Shown here: one piece after another, positions 8,563 to 16,935 of the stretch
Layout: each line of letters begins with the position of its first letter
How positions within the stretch are numbered: position 1 is the first letter of the stretch
Sequence record: ON526983.1
Origin: Streptomyces phage VieEnRose
Reading direction: 5' to 3' (one strand)
Length of the DNA stretch: 24,000 nucleotides
Program-made: the position numbers and the translations under genes
Notes under the pieces: generated by a model
Told to the model about the DNA's origin: nothing
Databases searched by the model: none
The model's input: the letters and a program-made list of their open reading frames with translations, nothing else

Positions 8563-8603
8563 AAAGGCCCCCTCCCCGGCGCGATGCCAGGAAGGGGGCC
8601 TTC
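8563..8603. terminator. Bidirectional terminator between convergent integrase and leftward block
   Basis: AAGGCCCCCT ... AGGGGGCCTT inverted repeat between the stop at 8554 and the opposing stop at 8605. Confidence 0.75.
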
Positions 8604-8604
8604 G

Positions 8605-8745
8605 TCATGCAGCTTGCTGTTCGTCTCGCACGCGGGCGCGGTGCCGGAGGTTGATCCGGGTCAGCTCGCGGTTCTGTTGATCAGTGATGGGCGGCCAGCC
8701 CGCGACGATCGCGCGGGCCAGCTCCATCCGCTCCTCGAAGGTCAC
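8605..8745 (-). CDS. Small hypothetical phage protein (46 aa)
   Basis: VTFEERMELARAIVAGWPPITDQQNRELTRINLRHRARVRDEQQAA; GTG start overlaps upstream stop. Confidence 0.65.
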   Translation of the reverse strand: MTFEERMELARAIVAGWPPITDQQNRELTRINLRHRARVRDEQQAA

Positions 8746-9032
8746 GTGCCGATGACCGTCCCGTCCTCGTACAGCCGGTAGAGCTCGGCGCCCTTGTCGA
8801 GCTGCCCCTCGGCCCACGCGCGGATGTCCCACGCCTGCCGGGAGACCCCGAGGCGGCCGAGGAAGATGCGGCGCGGCGCCGCGCTCTGCAACGAGGCCAG
8901 GGAGTGCACGGTGTAGACGCGCCCGCCCTTGAACCCCGGGTACAGGTGGCCAGCCTCCGAGCTGCGCACCACCAGGACGTCGTCCTCGGTGATCTCGGTG
9001 TCTTCGATGTGGTCGATGGTCTGGTAGCTCAC
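8742..9032 (-). CDS. Hypothetical phage protein (96 aa)
   Basis: VSYQTIDHIEDTEITEDDVLVVRSSEAGHLYPGFKGGRVYTVHSLASL...; RBS GAGGAG upstream. Confidence 0.7.
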   Translation of the reverse strand: MSYQTIDHIEDTEITEDDVLVVRSSEAGHLYPGFKGGRVYTVHSLASLQSAAPRRIFLGRLGVSRQAWDIRAWAEGQLDKGAELYRLYEDGTVIGT

Positions 9033-9220
9033 GGTCGGGCTCCTCTCGTCGGGAACGGCGGGGGTACTTCCACGAGCTCGGCGTCGATGTCGTCGAGCAG
9101 CATCTCGGCGACACGGTCGAGCCCGGAGGGCCGGTCGTAGTAGCACACGGACTCCCGCGACCGGCCGGAGGCGTCGGTCCAGCGGACCTTCAGCCACTCC
9201 ATCTTCGGCGACACTTTCAC
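9029..9220 (-). CDS. Small hypothetical phage protein (start may be 9202)
   Basis: MKVSPKMEWLKVRWTDASGRSRESVCYYDRPSGLDRVAEMLLDDIDAELVEVPPPFPTRGARP; overlaps the dnaE stop. Confidence 0.6.
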   Translation of the reverse strand: MKVSPKMEWLKVRWTDASGRSRESVCYYDRPSGLDRVAEMLLDDIDAELVEVPPPFPTRGARP

Positions 9221-12200
9221 ACCGCCGCCATGAACTGATCGAGCTCAGCGTGCAGCGCAGCGCAGGGGTTGACCCTGAACCGCCCCACCCGCATGACCTC
9301 GGTGCTGTACGGGCCGACGAGGTGAAGCTGCACCTCGGTCGTCCCCTCGTACTGACCCAGCAGGTCGGCCAGGCGGCCCGCTGTGCCCTCGTTGAGCTTG
9401 TCGACGGGCAGAGTGACCACCACGGGGCGCGCGGCCTCGTAGTCGGCCTCCTGCGGGATCGCCACGGACTGCCCGATGAGCTGAGGGCTGCCGTCGCGGC
9501 GCTCCAGGCGCCCGGTTACGAACAGGATGGCGTCCTGCACCAGGTGTTTGGCGATGGGCCGGTACTGGCCCGGGAAGAACAGCACCTCGATCTCTCCGGT
9601 GCGGTCCTCCACGGTGGCGATGGCCCACGTGTCACCGCGCCTGCTCGACTTCTTCTCGACGGCCGAGACGAGCCCGCCGATGGTGACGGTCTCCCCCTCG
9701 ATCGCCCCCTCGTCGAGGAGGTATGACACGGCGGCGTCCGACCGGGTGTCGAGCATCGCCTCCAGCCCGGCGAGCGGGTGGTCGGAGACGTAGAGGCCCA
9801 GCATCTCGCGCTCGGCGGAGAGCATGTGCCCCTTGGTCCACGTGACCGTCCTGCTCGGGAGCTGGATGACCGGGTCGCTGTCGTGGATGACCAGCCCCGG
9901 CACCGTGCCGTTCTTCGCCTGGTCGGCCACGGCCTCGAAGGCTTCGGCCATGCCCCTCCGCGTCGCGCCCGTGCCGTCGAGTGCGCCCGCCTTGATCAGC
10001 GACTCGACCGCGCGCTTGCTCAGCGACGACTGGCTCATCCCCATGAGAAAGCTCGGCAGCGAGGTGAACTCGCCCCACGCCTCCCGGATGTCGATGAGCT
10101 CCTGCACCACGCCCTCGCCCACGTTCTTCACGGCGGCCAGCCCGAAGCGGATCTCGTCCGCGCCGTTCGGCGTGAAGTCCAGGTTCGAGACGTTGACGTC
10201 GGGCGCCTTGACCTTCAGTCCCATCCGCCTGCACTCAGCCAGGTACGTGGCCATCTTCGCCTTGTCGTCGCCGACGCTGGTGAGGACGGCGGCCATGTAC
10301 TCGGCCGGGTAGTGGGTCTTCAGGTACGCGGTGCGGTAGGCGATCAGCCCATACGCCGCGCTGTGCGCCTTGTTGAAGGCGTACCCGGCGAACGGGACGA
10401 GCACGTCCCACACCGCCTGGATGGCCTCGTCGGAGTAGCCGTTGGCCCGGCAGCCGTCCCGGAACGGGATGAACTCCTGCTCCAGGATCTCCTTCTTCTT
10501 CTTGCCCATCGCGCGACGGAGAAGGTCTGCCTGGCCGAGCGAGTACCCGGCGAGGATCTGAGCGGCGCGCTGCACCTGCTCCTGGTAGATGATCAGGCCG
10601 TGGGTCACGTCCAGGATCTCGGCCAGGGGCTCGGCCAGCTCGGGGTGGATCGGGGTGATCTCCTGCTGGCCGTTCTTGCGCAGCGCGTAGTTGGTGTGCG
10701 AGTTGACGCCCATCGGACCGGGCCGGTACAGGGCCACCACGGCGGAGATGTCCTCGAAGTGGTCCGGCTTCAGGAGCCGGAGCAACGAGCGCATCGGGCC
10801 GCCGTCGAGCTGGAAGACCGAGAGCGTGTCGCCCCTGGCCATCAGCTCGTAGGTCGCGGCGTCGTCGAGCGGCAGGTTGTCGAGGTCGACGACCTCGTTC
10901 CTGTTCTCGGCGATGTTCTTCACCGCGTCGGCCATGATCGTGAGGTTCCGGAGCCCGAGGAAGTCCATCTTCAGCAGACCCAGGCTCTCGCACTGCGGGT
11001 AGTCGAACTGCGTGACGACCGAGCCGTCCGCAGGCCGCACCCACACCGGGATGTGGTCAGTGATCGTCTCGTTGGACATGATGACGCCCGCCGCGTGCAC
11101 GCCCATCTGCCGGACCAGACCCTCCAGGCCGAGCGCGGTGTCCACCACCTGCTTGACCTCGGGGTCGGACTGGTACATGGCCCGCACCTCGCCCGCCTCG
11201 TTGTACCGCTTCGCCTCCGGGTCGGTGATGCACCCGAGCGGCGCCGTCTCGCCCATCACGTCGGGCGGGAGCGCCTTTGTGATGCGGTCGCCGACCGCGA
11301 ACGGCTTGCCGAGCACCCGGGCCGAGTCCTTGATCGCGTTCTTGGCCTTGATGCGGCCGTACGTCGCGATCTGGGCGACCTTGTCGCTCCCCCACTTGTC
11401 GGTGACGTACCGAATGACCTCGCCTCGACGGCGGTCGTCGAAGTCGATGTCGATGTCCGGCATGGACACGCGCTCGGGGTTCAGGAACCGCTCGAAGATG
11501 AGCCCGTGCGGCAGGGGGTCCAGGTCGGTGATCCCCAGCGCGTAGGCGACCAGCGAACCGGCCGCCGAGCCACGCCCGGGGCCGACCGAGATGCCCTGGC
11601 CCTTCGCCCAGCCGATGAAGTCGGCCACGACCAGGAAGTAGGACGGGAAGCCCATCTTCAGGATCATGTCGATCTCGTACTCGACCTGGACGCGGTGCTT
11701 GTCGTCGTACCCGCCCGGGAACCGGCCGTCCATGCCCCGCAGCACCTCCGCGCGGAACCAGGACTCGACCGTGTGCCCCTCGGGCGCCGGGAAGACCGGC
11801 ATCAGGTCGTGCGCCTCGAACATCCCGCTCGGGTCGACCATCTCGGCCACGAGCAGCGTGTTCCGGCAGCCCTGCTGCCATGCGTCGCTCTGGTCGATGC
11901 CGTACATCTCGGCGGCGGTCTTCAGGTAGTACCCCGAGCCCTCGAACCGGAAGCGGTTCGGGTTGGCGAGCTCGGAGCCCGTCTGCACGCACAGGAGAGC
12001 GTCGTGCGCGTGGCTCTCGGCCTCCCGGACGTAGTGCGAGTCGTTCGTGACGACCGGAGGCAGCCCGAGCTCGCGCCCGAGCCTCAGCAGGTCGTCCCGG
12101 ACCCGGCGCTCGATCTCGATGCCGTGGTCCATGAGCTCCAGGAAGTAGTTGCCCGGCCCGAGGATGTCCCGGTACGTGGCGGCCACCTGGACGGCCTCGT

Positions 12201-12702
12201 CGTACTGCCCGAGGTTCAGCCGGGTCATCACGGCGCCACCCGGGCACCCCGTGGTGCCCATCAGGCCCGCCGAGTGCTCGGCCAGCAGGTCGGCGTCGAT
12301 CCGGGGGTACTTCCCGAGCAGGCCCTCGCTGTACGAGCGCGAGCTGAGCTGGAACAGGTTGTGCAGGCCCCGGTTGTCGCCCGCCCAGATGGTCATGTGG
12401 GTGTACGCGCCTCGGCCGGAGACGTCGTACCGCTTCTGCTCGGGGGTGCCCCACTGCACCCGCTCGGTGTCGTCGCGCCGACCCGGCGCCACGTATGCCT
12501 CGATGCCGATGACCGGGGTGACACCAGCCTTCATGGCCCTGGTGTAGAAGTCGTGCGCGCCGTGCAGGTTGCCGTGGTCGGTCATCGCAATGGCCGGTGC
12601 TCCCTGGGCGGTCACCTCGTCGAACATGTCGCCGAGCCTGGCCGCTCCGTCGAGCAGGCTGTACTCCGTGTGCACGTGCAGGTGCACGAACTGGTCTGCC
12701 AC
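9217..12702 (-). CDS. dnaE: DNA polymerase III alpha subunit (DnaE-type)
   Basis: PHP domain HLHVHTEYSLLDG...AIAMTDHGNLHG; polymerase core GVGPGRGSAAGSLVAYALGITDLDPLPHGLIFERFLNPERVSMPDIDIDFDDRRR; OB-fold region. GTG at 12702 has GAGGAGG RBS. Confidence 0.95.
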   Translation of the reverse strand: MADQFVHLHVHTEYSLLDGAARLGDMFDEVTAQGAPAIAMTDHGNLHGAHDFYTRAMKAGVTPVIGIEAYVAPGRRDDTERVQWGTPEQKRYDVSGRGAYTHMTIWAGDNRGLHNLFQLSSRSYSEGLLGKYPRIDADLLAEHSAGLMGTTGCPGGAVMTRLNLGQYDEAVQVAATYRDILGPGNYFLELMDHGIEIERRVRDDLLRLGRELGLPPVVTNDSHYVREAESHAHDALLCVQTGSELANPNRFRFEGSGYYLKTAAEMYGIDQSDAWQQGCRNTLLVAEMVDPSGMFEAHDLMPVFPAPEGHTVESWFRAEVLRGMDGRFPGGYDDKHRVQVEYEIDMILKMGFPSYFLVVADFIGWAKGQGISVGPGRGSAAGSLVAYALGITDLDPLPHGLIFERFLNPERVSMPDIDIDFDDRRRGEVIRYVTDKWGSDKVAQIATYGRIKAKNAIKDSARVLGKPFAVGDRITKALPPDVMGETAPLGCITDPEAKRYNEAGEVRAMYQSDPEVKQVVDTALGLEGLVRQMGVHAAGVIMSNETITDHIPVWVRPADGSVVTQFDYPQCESLGLLKMDFLGLRNLTIMADAVKNIAENRNEVVDLDNLPLDDAATYELMARGDTLSVFQLDGGPMRSLLRLLKPDHFEDISAVVALYRPGPMGVNSHTNYALRKNGQQEITPIHPELAEPLAEILDVTHGLIIYQEQVQRAAQILAGYSLGQADLLRRAMGKKKKEILEQEFIPFRDGCRANGYSDEAIQAVWDVLVPFAGYAFNKAHSAAYGLIAYRTAYLKTHYPAEYMAAVLTSVGDDKAKMATYLAECRRMGLKVKAPDVNVSNLDFTPNGADEIRFGLAAVKNVGEGVVQELIDIREAWGEFTSLPSFLMGMSQSSLSKRAVESLIKAGALDGTGATRRGMAEAFEAVADQAKNGTVPGLVIHDSDPVIQLPSRTVTWTKGHMLSAEREMLGLYVSDHPLAGLEAMLDTRSDAAVSYLLDEGAIEGETVTIGGLVSAVEKKSSRRGDTWAIATVEDRTGEIEVLFFPGQYRPIAKHLVQDAILFVTGRLERRDGSPQLIGQSVAIPQEADYEAARPVVVTLPVDKLNEGTAGRLADLLGQYEGTTEVQLHLVGPYSTEVMRVGRFRVNPCAALHAELDQFMAAV

Positions 12703-12791
12703 CGAGTCCTCCTCTCCTCGCTGTGTAAGTGTCACGGTACATGACGACGGGGCCGGGCGCAACTTGCACACCCGGCCCCCGCGTCTCGTGC

Positions 12792-12887
12792 TCAGTACCC
12801 CATCCGGCCCGCCGTGTAGACCCCGGCGAAGAACGCCAGGTGCAGCAGGACGACGATCAGGACCACGATCTTGATCTCGTCCTTCAT
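12792..12887 (-). CDS. Tiny membrane protein (31 aa)
   Basis: MKDEIKIVVLIVVLLHLAFFAGVYTAGRMGY; hydrophobic helix; ATGA-type coupling. Confidence 0.55.
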   Translation of the reverse strand: MKDEIKIVVLIVVLLHLAFFAGVYTAGRMGY

Positions 12888-13885
12888 GCGGCGGCCTCCA
12901 GGATGCGGCGGACGGCGTCGAGCTTGTCCCGGGAGCCCCCGTAGACGTTGTCCAGCGCCTCCTCGATCTGCGCCAGGCGCTCGTTCGCGTCCTTCGCGGC
13001 GGCGATCACGCGCCGCATGTTCTCCGGCGCCCAGATGTTGCGGACGCCGTCCGGCTTGCCCTCGCTGAGGTTCAGGCCGAGCGCGCGGGCCGTCCTGTTC
13101 ACGACGTCGCGAGCCTCGCCGCCCTCCTCGTTCTGCTGGTACGCCGCGTCGCAGTGGCCGCGACGGCACCGCTCCAGCTCCTCGGTCAGCTCGGCGCGCT
13201 GCTCACGCAGGCTGCCGACCTCCGCCTGGAACCCGGGCAGGAGGCTCCGCGCCCCGCGCTCCAGGTCCTTCGCGTGGGCCAGCTCGCCCTGCAACTCGAA
13301 GATCCGAGTCGCGCGCTTGTTGGCCAGCTCGTACTGGTGCCGGGACTCGGCGCGCAGCCGGTTGTTCTCGACGTTCGCCTGCCGGAGCTGGCCTTCGAGC
13401 TCGATGATCCGAGCGCACAGGCCGAGGTCGATGTCCTGGTCGACCGGCACCAGCTTCATCTGCTGGCCGTTCATGTAGAGCCGGGTGCCGTCAGTGTGCT
13501 CGATGGTGACCTCCTCGGTGAGGACGTAGTCGGTCACCGGCTGGGGCTTCGAGTCGATGTCGTAGCAGTCCTCCGGCGTGTGCACCTGGAGGAGCGTCTG
13601 CCCGTCACACGCGCACTTGGCCGCCCGCAGCTCGTCGGTCGAGGCCCGGCACTCGCTGCCGGAGATGCCGTTGACCCAGTCCCAGCCCCCGACCTTCGGC
13701 CGCCCCTCGGGGGCGTACTCCCAGACGTTGACGCCTCCGTTCTGTGCTGCGGCGAGCAGGTGGAACGCGCTCGCGCACACCCAGTGCAGGTCGTCGAGCT
13801 GCGTGCCGCTGTCCTCGCTGAACGCCGTGATCCGACGCCATCCGTGCCGGGTCTTCACCCGGTCCCCGATCCTCGGCTCCGTCAC
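12884..13885 (-). CDS. Hypothetical phage protein with coiled-coil C-terminal half (333 aa)
   Basis: VTEPRIGDRVKTRHGWRRITAFSED... followed by long heptad-like region IIELEGQLRQANVENNRLRAESRHQYELANKRATRIFELQGELAHAKD. Confidence 0.75.
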   Translation of the reverse strand: MTEPRIGDRVKTRHGWRRITAFSEDSGTQLDDLHWVCASAFHLLAAAQNGGVNVWEYAPEGRPKVGGWDWVNGISGSECRASTDELRAAKCACDGQTLLQVHTPEDCYDIDSKPQPVTDYVLTEEVTIEHTDGTRLYMNGQQMKLVPVDQDIDLGLCARIIELEGQLRQANVENNRLRAESRHQYELANKRATRIFELQGELAHAKDLERGARSLLPGFQAEVGSLREQRAELTEELERCRRGHCDAAYQQNEEGGEARDVVNRTARALGLNLSEGKPDGVRNIWAPENMRRVIAAAKDANERLAQIEEALDNVYGGSRDKLDAVRRILEAAA

Positions 13886-14115
13886 GCCGCGATCCTCCCT
13901 TCGTAGTCGCTCCGGTTCTGCGCCGTCAGGTGGAACAGCCCGAAGTCGCACTCGTAGTAGCGGTGCTCCGTCCGGATGCCCCGTCCGCTGCCCTGAGATG
14001 CAGCGGTCCGGCTCCGCTTGGCCTGCGCCCTGCCGAGCGCCTTGTCGGCCTCCCTCTCGGTCATGAAGCCGCGCTTCACGCCGCACCGGCACGAGGTGTG
14101 CCTCACGGTCTTCAT
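13882..14115 (-). CDS. Small Cys/His-containing phage protein (77 aa)
   Basis: MKTVRHTSCRCGVKRGFMTEREADKALGRAQAKR...EHRYYECDFGLFHLTAQ. Confidence 0.7.
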   Translation of the reverse strand: MKTVRHTSCRCGVKRGFMTEREADKALGRAQAKRSRTAASQGSGRGIRTEHRYYECDFGLFHLTAQNRSDYEGRIAA

Positions 14116-14132
14116 CGTGCGTCTCTCCCCCC

Positions 14133-14228
14133 TCAGTACGGCAGCGGGGTGCCGGACGGCGTGCGGGTGTCCGGCTCCTCCTGCGGCTTCGGCTTGGTGG
14201 TCTTCTTGATCTGGATCTGTCGGGCCAC
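14133..14228 (-). CDS. Short hypothetical peptide (31 aa)
   Basis: VARQIQIKKTTKPKPQEEPDTRTPSGTPLPY; GTG with GAGGAGG RBS. Confidence 0.45.
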   Translation of the reverse strand: MARQIQIKKTTKPKPQEEPDTRTPSGTPLPY

Positions 14229-14239
14229 GAGGCCCCTCC

Positions 14240-14671
14240 TCACTTCCGGTACGTGGTGCACGGGCATCCCGGCACCTGGCACTCACCTCGTGCGGCGGCG
14301 GCCATCGAGTGAGCGAACGGGGCGTGCCCGCACTCCTCGTTGACGCACCACGGGGTCCAGGACTTCTTCCCGTCCTGGTTGGCGATCAGGACCTCCGGCG
14401 AGCTCAGCGGCACGACGTGAGCCGTGCCCCCGACCCCACCCAGGCGCTCGCCGAACTTCTTGGCGTCGCCCTCGGTCCCGAACGGCCCGTAGTTCAGGCC
14501 CCGGCTGCCGTCCGCCCACGTGTGGGCCAGCACGAAGCTGTCCCGCATCGCGAGGATGTCGGCCATCTCCTTCAGGAGCGCCTTGGCCATGTCCTTCGGC
14601 CCGTCGTACTCGCCGGACTCCAGGATCTCGGTGACGCGGTTGATCTCCTGCGCCCTCGGCGTGATCCTCAT
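14240..14671 (-). CDS. Hypothetical phage protein with C-terminal Cys cluster (143 aa)
   Basis: MRITPRAQEINRVTEILESGEYDGPKDMAKALLKEMADIL...CVNEECGHAPFAHS...GECQVPGCPCTTY. Confidence 0.7.
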   Translation of the reverse strand: MRITPRAQEINRVTEILESGEYDGPKDMAKALLKEMADILAMRDSFVLAHTWADGSRGLNYGPFGTEGDAKKFGERLGGVGGTAHVVPLSSPEVLIANQDGKKSWTPWCVNEECGHAPFAHSMAAAARGECQVPGCPCTTYRK

Positions 14672-14907
14672 GCGGCGCCTGCCCCGCTGTCGAACACGGT
14701 CTCCTCGCGCTCCACGCGGATGCGGAGTCGGCCGCCGTAGTTCAGGACGTCGCGCTGGCCGACCAGCATGGCCTTCTCGCGCATCGACTCGTCGCTCTCC
14801 GGGTACTTGCCCTTGCGCTGGAGGAGCCTGGCCTTCTCGTGCCAGAAGCTCTCGTTCCCGAGCTGGACGAACTGCTCGACCACCCAGTACGTCAGGTCGT
14901 CGTCCAC
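14668..14907 (-). CDS. Hypothetical phage protein (79 aa)
   Basis: MDDDLTYWVVEQFVQLGNESFWHEKARLLQRKGKYPESDESMREKAMLVG...; GGGAGG RBS; first gene after ribozyme HHR1. Confidence 0.7.
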   Translation of the reverse strand: MDDDLTYWVVEQFVQLGNESFWHEKARLLQRKGKYPESDESMREKAMLVGQRDVLNYGGRLRIRVEREETVFDSGAGAA

Positions 14908-14931
14908 TCGAACCTCCCATCTCTCGCGGCT

Positions 14932-14992
14932 GGCTCATCAGGAGCCGGGCGCCACCCCGACCCGACGCGCTCCCTCCCGAGCGCGTTTCGCC
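14932..14992 (-). ncRNA. HHR1: type II hammerhead ribozyme
   Basis: Minus strand: GGC GAA ACGCGCTC-gggagg-GAGCGCGT C GGGTCGGG-gtggcg-CCCGGCTC CTGATGA GCC; full core, stem I pairs with two G-U wobbles. Confidence 0.9.
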
Positions 14993-15022
14993 ACACTATC
15001 ACACCTGGAGCGACACTGTCAC
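14993..15022 (-). promoter_or_regulatory. Leftward promoter/operator: GTGACA-18-TAGTGT with tandem GTGAYAGTGT motifs
   Basis: Minus strand GTGACAGTGTCGCTCCAGGTGTGATAGTGTGG directly upstream of HHR1. Confidence 0.55.
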
Positions 15023-15597
15023 GCCACGTTGCGCTCGACCCGCACCATGTACCCGATCAGGGCGTGCAGGTCGTCCTCCGTGCCGTCGTTGTCGAAGATC
15101 CAGTCGAACGGGTACTCGTCGAGCGCGATGTCGCTGACGTGCAGCTCGCCGGTCGACGTCCGCCTCGGCCCCACGTCGGGCCGGTTGACCCGGACGACGA
15201 TGCCGCCCATCTCCCGCACCCGGTCCGCCTCGTTGGGGAATCGGCAGTCCGTGATCACCAGGTTCTCGCCCGGCCGGTAGGAGTCGAAGACGGCGTTCAC
15301 CCAGACGTTCTCGCCGAGCACGCGCCGCCCCGCCTCGGTGCCGGTCCGGAGCAGGAGGTCAGCGACCTCCGGGGACTCCAGCTTGGCCCGCTCCCAGCCG
15401 ATGTCGTCGACCAGGATGGAGAGCCGGGTGTACTCGGGCACCCCGCCAGGTACGGGGTACAGCACGATCGGGTTCTGCCCGTACAGGAAGTCGCGCAGCC
15501 GGTCGGCGAACGCGTCCCGGCGCCAGCCCTGCTCGATCAGGTGCCTGGCCGCCGTGTCCTTCCCGCTCCTGGCGTAGCCACTCAGGCCCACGATCAA
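15019..15597 (-). CDS. Deoxynucleoside monophosphate kinase-like protein
   Basis: LIVGLSGYARSGKDTAARHLIEQGWRRDAFADRLRDFLY (P-loop) ... LVITDCRFPNEADRVREMGGIVVRVNRPD; TTG start at 15597 overlapping upstream stop with GGAG RBS. Confidence 0.8.
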   Translation of the reverse strand: MIVGLSGYARSGKDTAARHLIEQGWRRDAFADRLRDFLYGQNPIVLYPVPGGVPEYTRLSILVDDIGWERAKLESPEVADLLLRTGTEAGRRVLGENVWVNAVFDSYRPGENLVITDCRFPNEADRVREMGGIVVRVNRPDVGPRRTSTGELHVSDIALDEYPFDWIFDNDGTEDDLHALIGYMVRVERNVA

Positions 15598-15851
15598 CTG
15601 AGCTCCCCCTTCTCGACGACCTCGGCCGCCCGCTCGCGCCCGAAGCGCCAGCCCCGGGAGTAGTCGTACCCGTAGGTGTCGGACACGCGGTCCCAGCCGG
15701 TCTCGGTGCCCCGCCGGATCAGCGCCGCGTCCTTCGCTCGCTGGAACTCGGTCGCCACCTGGACCAGGTCGTCGAGCGCCCGCTCCAGCGCGCCGAAGTC
15801 TCCGGCGACAGCCAGCACAGCGCGCTTCGCGTCCTCGATCGTCATCTTCAT
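15594..15851 (-). CDS. Hypothetical phage protein (85 aa)
   Basis: MKMTIEDAKRAVLAVAGDFGALERALDDLVQVATEFQRAKDAALIRRGTETGWDRVSDTYGYDYSRGWRFGRERAAEVVEKGELS. Confidence 0.65.
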   Translation of the reverse strand: MKMTIEDAKRAVLAVAGDFGALERALDDLVQVATEFQRAKDAALIRRGTETGWDRVSDTYGYDYSRGWRFGRERAAEVVEKGELS

Positions 15852-16237
15852 GCCGCCACCAGACCGAGCTCGAAGGCGGTCGGAAGGGCGGCGCTGATGT
15901 CGACGAAGTCACCCGCGTTGGACAGGTACTCGCCGCCGCTCGCCATGACGGCGGACGGGATGCGCTCCCCCTCCTCGATGAACCGGATGCCCAGCTCGGT
16001 GATGGACCAGAGCCTCTGGCTCACCGTGCCGTCCGGGAGGACCGAGTTCTCGATCAGCGCCCAGTACGTCAGCTTCCGGAAGTTGCTGTACTCGGTGTTC
16101 GTCAGGTCCAGGTCGCTGCGCTTCAGCGCCTCGCCCCCGGCTGCGTAGACCTTGGTCAGCGCGCTCACCAGGTCCGGGGTCAGGCTGTACTTCTTCGGCT
16201 CCGGCCTCGACTGGCCGCAGGTCTCGCACTTCGCCAC
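15848..16237 (-). CDS. Putative winged-HTH protein with N-terminal CxxC
   Basis: MAKCETCGQSRPEPKKYSLTPDLVSALTKVYAAGGEALKRSDLDLTNTEYSNFRKLTYWALIENS...LWSITELGIRFIEEG. Confidence 0.7.
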   Translation of the reverse strand: MAKCETCGQSRPEPKKYSLTPDLVSALTKVYAAGGEALKRSDLDLTNTEYSNFRKLTYWALIENSVLPDGTVSQRLWSITELGIRFIEEGERIPSAVMASGGEYLSNAGDFVDISAALPTAFELGLVAA

Positions 16238-16261
16238 GATCGTGGCTCCTCTCGTCAGGCT

Positions 16262-16315
16262 GGCTCATCAGGACCCGGGCACCACCCGGGTCGACCCCCT
16301 CTCGGGGGTTTCGCC
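16262..16315 (-). ncRNA. HHR2: type II hammerhead ribozyme
   Basis: Minus strand: GGC GAA ACCCCC-gaga-GGGGGT C GACCCGGG-tggtg-CCCGGGTC CTGATGA GCC. Confidence 0.92.
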
Positions 16316-16323
16316 TTGGTCGG

Positions 16324-16509
16324 TCAGTCCTCTCGGCTCTCGCGCTTCCAGAGCCGGGTCTCGCGACGCCGGACCAGTCGCCTGATCCAGCGCCCCTTCT
16401 CGCCCTCGTCGGCGTAGCGGTGCTCGATCACGTGGCTCGACGCACTCACTCCGCCCTGCTTCGTGCGGTGGTACCGCTTCCGGCCGGTGCCGGGGACTGG
16501 ACGGCTCAC
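16324..16509 (-). CDS. Small basic hypothetical protein (61 aa)
   Basis: MSRPVPGTGRKRYHRTKQGGVSASSHVIEHRYADEGEKGRWIRRLVRRRETRLWKRESRED; GTGA overlap with upstream gene. Confidence 0.55.
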   Translation of the reverse strand: MSRPVPGTGRKRYHRTKQGGVSASSHVIEHRYADEGEKGRWIRRLVRRRETRLWKRESRED

Positions 16510-16844
16510 TCGTAGAAGCTGGCCGCGATGTCGTCGGCCCTGTCGGCGACGCGGCGGCGGTCGACCTGCTCCAGGTTGGCCAGGAAGCTGGCCAGGCTCT
16601 CCTCGTCCGGCTGCTCCTCCAGGCCAGCGTCGTACCCGTCGCTGTACCCCTCGTCGTAGCCGTCCGACTTCCCGTCGTCGTAGGCGAAGCTGTCCGACTC
16701 CTCGGACCCGTTCGCGTACCCGGCGTCGTAGTTCTCGTCGCCGACGATCTCCTCCAGCGTGTCCAGCAGGCCGAGGACGACGACCTTGTCCTCCTCGTCC
16801 TCGACGAACGCGAGGATGTCCTGGATCACGGTGTCCTTGGTCAC
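16506..16844 (-). CDS. Acidic Gly/Tyr-repeat phage protein (112 aa)
   Basis: ...DDGKSDGYDEGYSDGYDAGLEEQPDEESLASFLANLEQVDRRR... Confidence 0.7.
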   Translation of the reverse strand: MTKDTVIQDILAFVEDEEDKVVVLGLLDTLEEIVGDENYDAGYANGSEESDSFAYDDGKSDGYDEGYSDGYDAGLEEQPDEESLASFLANLEQVDRRRVADRADDIAASFYE

Positions 16845-16872
16845 GGTGGTGGTGCTCCCTCCGTCACGGGAT

Positions 16873-16930
16873 GGCTCATCAGGGCGGGGTTCCCGAGTCC
16901 CGCCGACCCCGCTGGATGCGGGGTTTCGCC
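16873..16930 (-). ncRNA. HHR3: type II hammerhead ribozyme
   Basis: Minus strand: GGC GAA ACCCCGC-atcca-GCGGGGT C GGCGGG-actcgggaac-CCCGCC CTGATGA GCC. Confidence 0.9.
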
Positions 16931-16935
16931 TTGGA

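Noticed and set aside
7094-8608. Minus-strand 504 aa ORF overlapping the integrase
   Set aside because: Antisense shadow of a well-supported serine integrase.
9778-12744. Plus-strand ORF of 988 aa opposite dnaE, and the similar minus-strand shadow ORF at 11057..12769
   Set aside because: High-GC antisense/shadow frames with low-complexity Arg/Ala/Gly/His-rich translations; the minus-strand DnaE frame has unmistakable domains.
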